From an uncultured Gemmatimonadaceae bacterium (lineage in GTDB: Bacteria > Gemmatimonadota > Gemmatimonadetes > Gemmatimonadales > Gemmatimonadaceae), in NCBI GenBank assembly GCA_963829055.1, contig CAWHHI010000020.1, positions 928,001 through 992,000 on the forward strand: 64,000 bases of DNA, written 5' to 3'. The notes below the pieces were generated by a model, which saw only the letters and a program-made list of their open reading frames with translations, searched no databases and was not told the origin of the DNA. Shown piece after piece: positions 59,788 through 64,000 of the stretch (positions within the stretch are counted from its first letter, which is position 1; every line of letters begins with the position of its first letter). The position numbers and the translations under genes were made by a program.

Positions 59788-59887
59788 AACGACGCCGGGG
59801 TCAAGCATGAGATCGCACGAGACGCGCCCCGAGCTCGCCACGTTAGGCATGCCGTGCGGCCTTGGCTCGTGAACCGCCGATGCTGGA

Positions 59888-60346
59888 CTATCGGGGACGA
59901 AGATCGCTCACCGAGTACACGGGCGCATCCGCCGCTGGATCGCCGAGCGCGATCCGGGTCGGAAACCCGAGCGTCAGGTCGTACTGCACGGAGAGCGACG
60001 TGGTGCCGTTGCGAATCGCGTCATCCACGATCGCGAACAGTCCCTCCACGGCGGGGAACAGCTCGGCGTATTGAGCGGGAACGGCGGCGTTCGAGCGCGT
60101 GTACTGTCGCGACTCGACGACGCCATTCCGAACCATGACGATGACCGGCCCGCTCATCTCCGGCAGACATTCGCACGACCGCGAGATGGTATACGTGTAC
60201 GCCGCGGGGGCGACGCGAGCCCAACGCGTTCGCGCCGCCGTCAGCTCGTTGGCGGGAGCGGTGCTGCCTGAATTGCATGCGGCGGCACTCAGGACCACGA
60301 CGGCCGCGAGCGAGGTGACACACGAGGAGGCGCGCCGGTAGCGCAT
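59888..60346 (-). CDS. Lipoprotein, DUF6174-like
   Basis: Lipobox SAAAC, YTYTISRSCEC, VEGLF, YDLTLGFP. Confidence 0.75.
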   Translation of the reverse strand: MRYRRASSCVTSLAAVVVLSAAACNSGSTAPANELTAARTRWARVAPAAYTYTISRSCECLPEMSGPVIVMVRNGVVESRQYTRSNAAVPAQYAELFPAVEGLFAIVDDAIRNGTTSLSVQYDLTLGFPTRIALGDPAADAPVYSVSDLRPR

Positions 60347-60434
60347 GATGGCTCCGCAGATGAGGAAACGTGTCGATCGGCTGAACTTGCCAAACCTCAT
60401 CTCGCGTTCGCGGTCACTCCGGTCGCTACGCGAC

Positions 60435-60471
60435 GGCGGCGGAATCGCTTATCGCTCGCGACTCCGCCGCC
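60435..60471. other. Intergenic GC-rich hairpin
   Basis: GGCGGCGGAATCGC...GCGACTCCGCCGCC. No U-tract, so not called a terminator. Confidence 0.35.
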
Positions 60472-60500
60472 CTGCATTGCAACCTGATACTACTGGGGTA

Positions 60501-61043
60501 CTAGAAGTTCGGCCGCGTCTCCGTGCGCCCGGTGGTCTGGCCCGCGCCGTATGTGCGCCCGCCGAGTTGCGTCAGCTCTGAGCGCAGACGCTCCGCCGAC
60601 ACATCATCCGCATCGACAGCGACGAGCACGCCACCGCGCTCGACTGTCGATCCATAGAACTCCGCTTCATCACGCGAGTATCCGGCTTTGGAAAACGCGC
60701 CAGCCAGCGCGCCAGACGTACCGCCGACGATCGCGCCGGACGCGATCGCGCCGCCCGTCGCGCCGAGTGCCGAGGCGAGCACACCAGCGGTGACGAATGG
60801 GCCGACTCCTGGAATCAGCAGCGCGGCCAGCCCGAACAGCGTGCCGACACCAGCGCCCGCGAGCGCGCCCTTGCCGACGCGCTCGCCAGTCGTGTCATCG
60901 GTTGCACGTCCCGTGACGTCGATGTCATCCGGACGTCGCGATACGATGGACATTTCGCTATCCGAGATGCCTCGGCGACGAAGCTCTGCTATCGCGCGCT
61001 CGGCCTGCGTACGGTCGTCGAAAACTGCGGTCACACGTGCCAT
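60501..61043 (-). CDS. General stress protein-like membrane protein (glycine zipper)
   Basis: VTAVFDDRTQAERAIAEL, GAGVGTLFGLAALLIPGVGP, VERGGVLVAV. Confidence 0.85.
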   Translation of the reverse strand: MARVTAVFDDRTQAERAIAELRRRGISDSEMSIVSRRPDDIDVTGRATDDTTGERVGKGALAGAGVGTLFGLAALLIPGVGPFVTAGVLASALGATGGAIASGAIVGGTSGALAGAFSKAGYSRDEAEFYGSTVERGGVLVAVDADDVSAERLRSELTQLGGRTYGAGQTTGRTETRPNF

Positions 61044-61337
61044 AGTTGCATCCTCCACCTGCTGTATGTCCCAGCGCGCCACGATTAATGGTTCTGAGAG
61101 CGAGACGATAGCAGCGATGTCCTGTGAGACGGGCACAGCCGCACCCGCGCCCACGCTCCCGGCGCGCGAAAAGCGGTTACACGAATCATGCCGACGAGGG
61201 TCGCGGAGGCCGCCAACCGACAACCACTGAGGCGGGCTATACAGGCGCGGGGATCTACGGTCCAATGACGTTAGGCAGCGCCTCCCCCGTCTACGTGGTC
61301 GCGCACTGGACTGCTGCCGCCACTCGCCGGCATATTC

Positions 61338-62873
61338 GTGGTCATGGCCTTCACCGCTCACAGCGCACGCGCGATGACAAGCCCGCGCTCCCGTCGGCGC
61401 CTCTCACGACTGCGCGCATTCGTGCCAGCGGCCGGTATCTACCTGACACACCTAACGTGTGCGACCGCCGCCCATGCGCAGGCCGCATCCGGCGCAGCTG
61501 GGACCGACTGGACCTGGAGCACACTGCGACAAACGCCCGGCGTGGATACGGCACGCGTGACGTGGCTCGAGCGACACGTCAACATTTCCGACGCGCGCGC
61601 GCTGTTCGCGATCATTGGCCAGCTGTCGAAGCCCGAGGTCGCGCAGCTCATCGTCGAACGGATGTACGGCGACGGCAGCGTCGGCGCGGATCGCGCGCTC
61701 GCCGACAGTCTCTATACGCGACCGTCGTCAGGCATCGCTGGAGCAGTGGACGTCGCGTATCTCACGACGCGTCTCCGTGAGACGGTACTGGCGCGCGCCC
61801 GCGCGGGCGGCGCGTTCGCGACCGAGTTCTCGGGCGAGCGACTCACCGTCCCGACGATCTCGAGCGCGACGCGAACGAAGCACGCTCCGCGGCTGACGCT
61901 GCGCTTCGACTTCGCGCCGGCCGAGACGTTGCTCGCGATCGTGTCCACGCCGAACATCACGGCGAACGCGGCCACGAAGCGTATCAGCACGCCGTTGTTC
62001 GATCCGCTCATCAGGCACCGGAGCCAGCCGTTCTACCCGATGCCGTGGTCACGCGAGTTGCTCGGCGCGAACCTGGCGCGTGCCGCGAGCACGGATCCCA
62101 TCGACCGGCTCTACATCTACGCGCAACCACGCGGTCTCCTGCAGTACGGTGATGTCAGCCTGCATCGTGAGCGCTATCGCGCCGTGCTGCGTGCCTTGCA
62201 GCAGAACGAGCATGCGATCCTCGCGTACGTGGCCGACACGCTGACGCCCTACGTGCCCGAGGGATTCACGATCGACCGCGCCGTGTCGATCTACTTCGCC
62301 GGCGGTGCCGACGGTTGGGCCTCGAGCGGCGCGACCGCCTTCGATCTCGAGTATTTCAAGGACGACTATCAGCGGCTGCTGAACGTGATCGTGCACGAGA
62401 CGTATCACGGGGCGCAGAGTGCGGTCGCCGCAGCGAGCTCGCCCCGCGCACGACTGGTCACCGTCCGCGACAGTGCGCTGGCTCAGGCCGCGACCACGAT
62501 CTTCCTCGAAGGGACAGCCAACTACATCGCCCCGGCGAAGCAGCGCACGCCCGCGGAGGTGCTGAGCGCGGCGCGCGAGGGAGAGCAGCTCGTATCACGC
62601 GTCTATGCGGCGACGGGCGGCACGGTGGACCGCGACGCGATGCGGCAGGCGTTGAACGCGGGCGTTGCGGGCGGTGGGCCGTTCTACTGGTTAGGCGCCA
62701 CGATGTCCAAGGCGATCGTGGATGCGTTCGGCCGGGAAACTCTCGCGAAAACTCTCCGCGGCTCGGGCGCAGACTTCGTCGCCGAGTACGTACGCGCGAC
62801 GCGCGCGCTGCCCACGGCCCCACGTTTCTTCACGCCAGAAATCACCGCGGCGATTCTGCGACTGCGCAACTGA
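61338..62873 (+). CDS. Secreted putative Zn-dependent protease (DUF5700-like); start uncertain
   Basis: HExxH motif VIVHETYH plus downstream EGTANY. Signal ending AAHA. Confidence 0.75.
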   Translation: MVMAFTAHSARAMTSPRSRRRLSRLRAFVPAAGIYLTHLTCATAAHAQAASGAAGTDWTWSTLRQTPGVDTARVTWLERHVNISDARALFAIIGQLSKPEVAQLIVERMYGDGSVGADRALADSLYTRPSSGIAGAVDVAYLTTRLRETVLARARAGGAFATEFSGERLTVPTISSATRTKHAPRLTLRFDFAPAETLLAIVSTPNITANAATKRISTPLFDPLIRHRSQPFYPMPWSRELLGANLARAASTDPIDRLYIYAQPRGLLQYGDVSLHRERYRAVLRALQQNEHAILAYVADTLTPYVPEGFTIDRAVSIYFAGGADGWASSGATAFDLEYFKDDYQRLLNVIVHETYHGAQSAVAAASSPRARLVTVRDSALAQAATTIFLEGTANYIAPAKQRTPAEVLSAAREGEQLVSRVYAATGGTVDRDAMRQALNAGVAGGGPFYWLGATMSKAIVDAFGRETLAKTLRGSGADFVAEYVRATRALPTAPRFFTPEITAAILRLRN

Positions 62874-62946
62874 GTGAGCCCTCACTTGCATGGGTTGGGC
62901 ATTTGCCGGATGTTCTGCGGCAGGCACCCAACCTGTGAGGACGACC

Positions 62947-64000
62947 ATGAGACGCGCAGCCGAATACATGTCCGCCGCGATGTTTCTCGGCGTCCTCGCA
63001 GTCGCGGGGCCTGCGTTCGCCCAGGACGTGGCGAGCGTAACGGATGCGGCACGATACACTGCTCGGCGCGAGAGAGCCTACGCGCGACTCGGGAACGACC
63101 TGCTGGTCGTTCGGTCGAGTTGGGCCCCAGCGCACTACACACAACCAGCGTTCGAGCAGGACCCGACCTTCTACTATTTCACCGGCGCCGATCATCTGAC
63201 TCGGCGCCATCCTCGTGCTCGACGGCAAGACGCGACGGTCCGAGCTCTTTCTGCCGAGCGCGTTGCCGGCGTTCCTCGGCCCCGTCGCGGACAACCAAGG
63301 GAAGCCGACCCCTGCGAGGGACGCCGCGTGGCACGTCGACGCCGTGGCCGACTGGAACCAGTTCTCGCGGTACATCGCACGCCGGTTGGCGGATGATCCC
63401 CAAACTGTCGATCCGCGTTGACGGCGGCGATTTCACGCTGGAAGGCCTGCGCGGCTGGATCGGGATCCCGCTGGACTCGACGGCCGCGCCCGGTCGGTCA
63501 CGTTCCGTGTGGACGGATGCGCTGCGGCAGCGCTGGCCTGACGCGACCATTGTCCCAAGCCGCGCGACGATTTCCATGGAGCTGCGCGCGGTCAAAGACT
63601 CCGTGGAGATCGCCACGCTCCGCCGCGTCGCGGCGAACAGCGCCGCCGCACTGCGCGCCGGGTTGCTTCGCTTCGCGCCTGGCCGTCGCCAGCGCGTCGT
63701 CGAAGCCGCGGTCGTCGAGACCTGCACCGCCACCGGCGATGGGCCTTCATTCTGGCCGTTGGCACTGTCGGGGCCGAACTCCGTCCTGACGCCGATCGTA
63801 TTGAGCGTGGACATGCACAACCTCGACCGCGTAATGCGCGCCGGCGAAATCGCGCACCTCGACATCGGCTGCCAGGTCGATCACTACATGGGCGACGTCG
63901 GCCGCACGGTGCCGGTGTCCGGGACGTTCACCGCCGGCCAGGCCGAGGTGGTCGACCTGCTGCTCGCGACGTACCGCGCCGGTCTCGCGGTCCTGCGTGA
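62947..64000 (+). CDS. M24B Xaa-Pro aminopeptidase, secreted; frameshifts, runs off the window
   Basis: FEQDPTFYYFTG, ELRAVKDSVEI, LDIGC...YMGDVGRTVPVSGTFT. Confidence 0.85.

Overview
GC-rich bacterial DNA (roughly 68-70% GC by eye). The gene content suggests a Gemmatimonadota chromosome (inference): many Hanks-type Ser/Thr kinases with TolB_N/TPR tails, a PadR plus duplicated orphan permease pair, a BTAD regulator, a tricorn protease and many lipoproteins. Many long genes are broken by single-base indels, most simply explained as unpolished long-read error. I found no rRNA, tRNA, CRISPR array, transposase or integrase. The most unusual signals are: (1) the motif CGTTAGG(C)/(G)CCTAACG, about 70-77 copies by eye, on both strands and mostly inside genes; (2) three copies of a ~240-270 bp palindromic element built from 17-bp tandem units; (3) a kinase gene array at 14.3-40 kb with many collapsed members that keep only their start and/or their end, three of them broken right after the DRYRI motif; (4) a multicopper oxidase with its copper motifs in permuted order; (5) 11-bp-period direct repeats next to a SARP/BTAD-like regulator.
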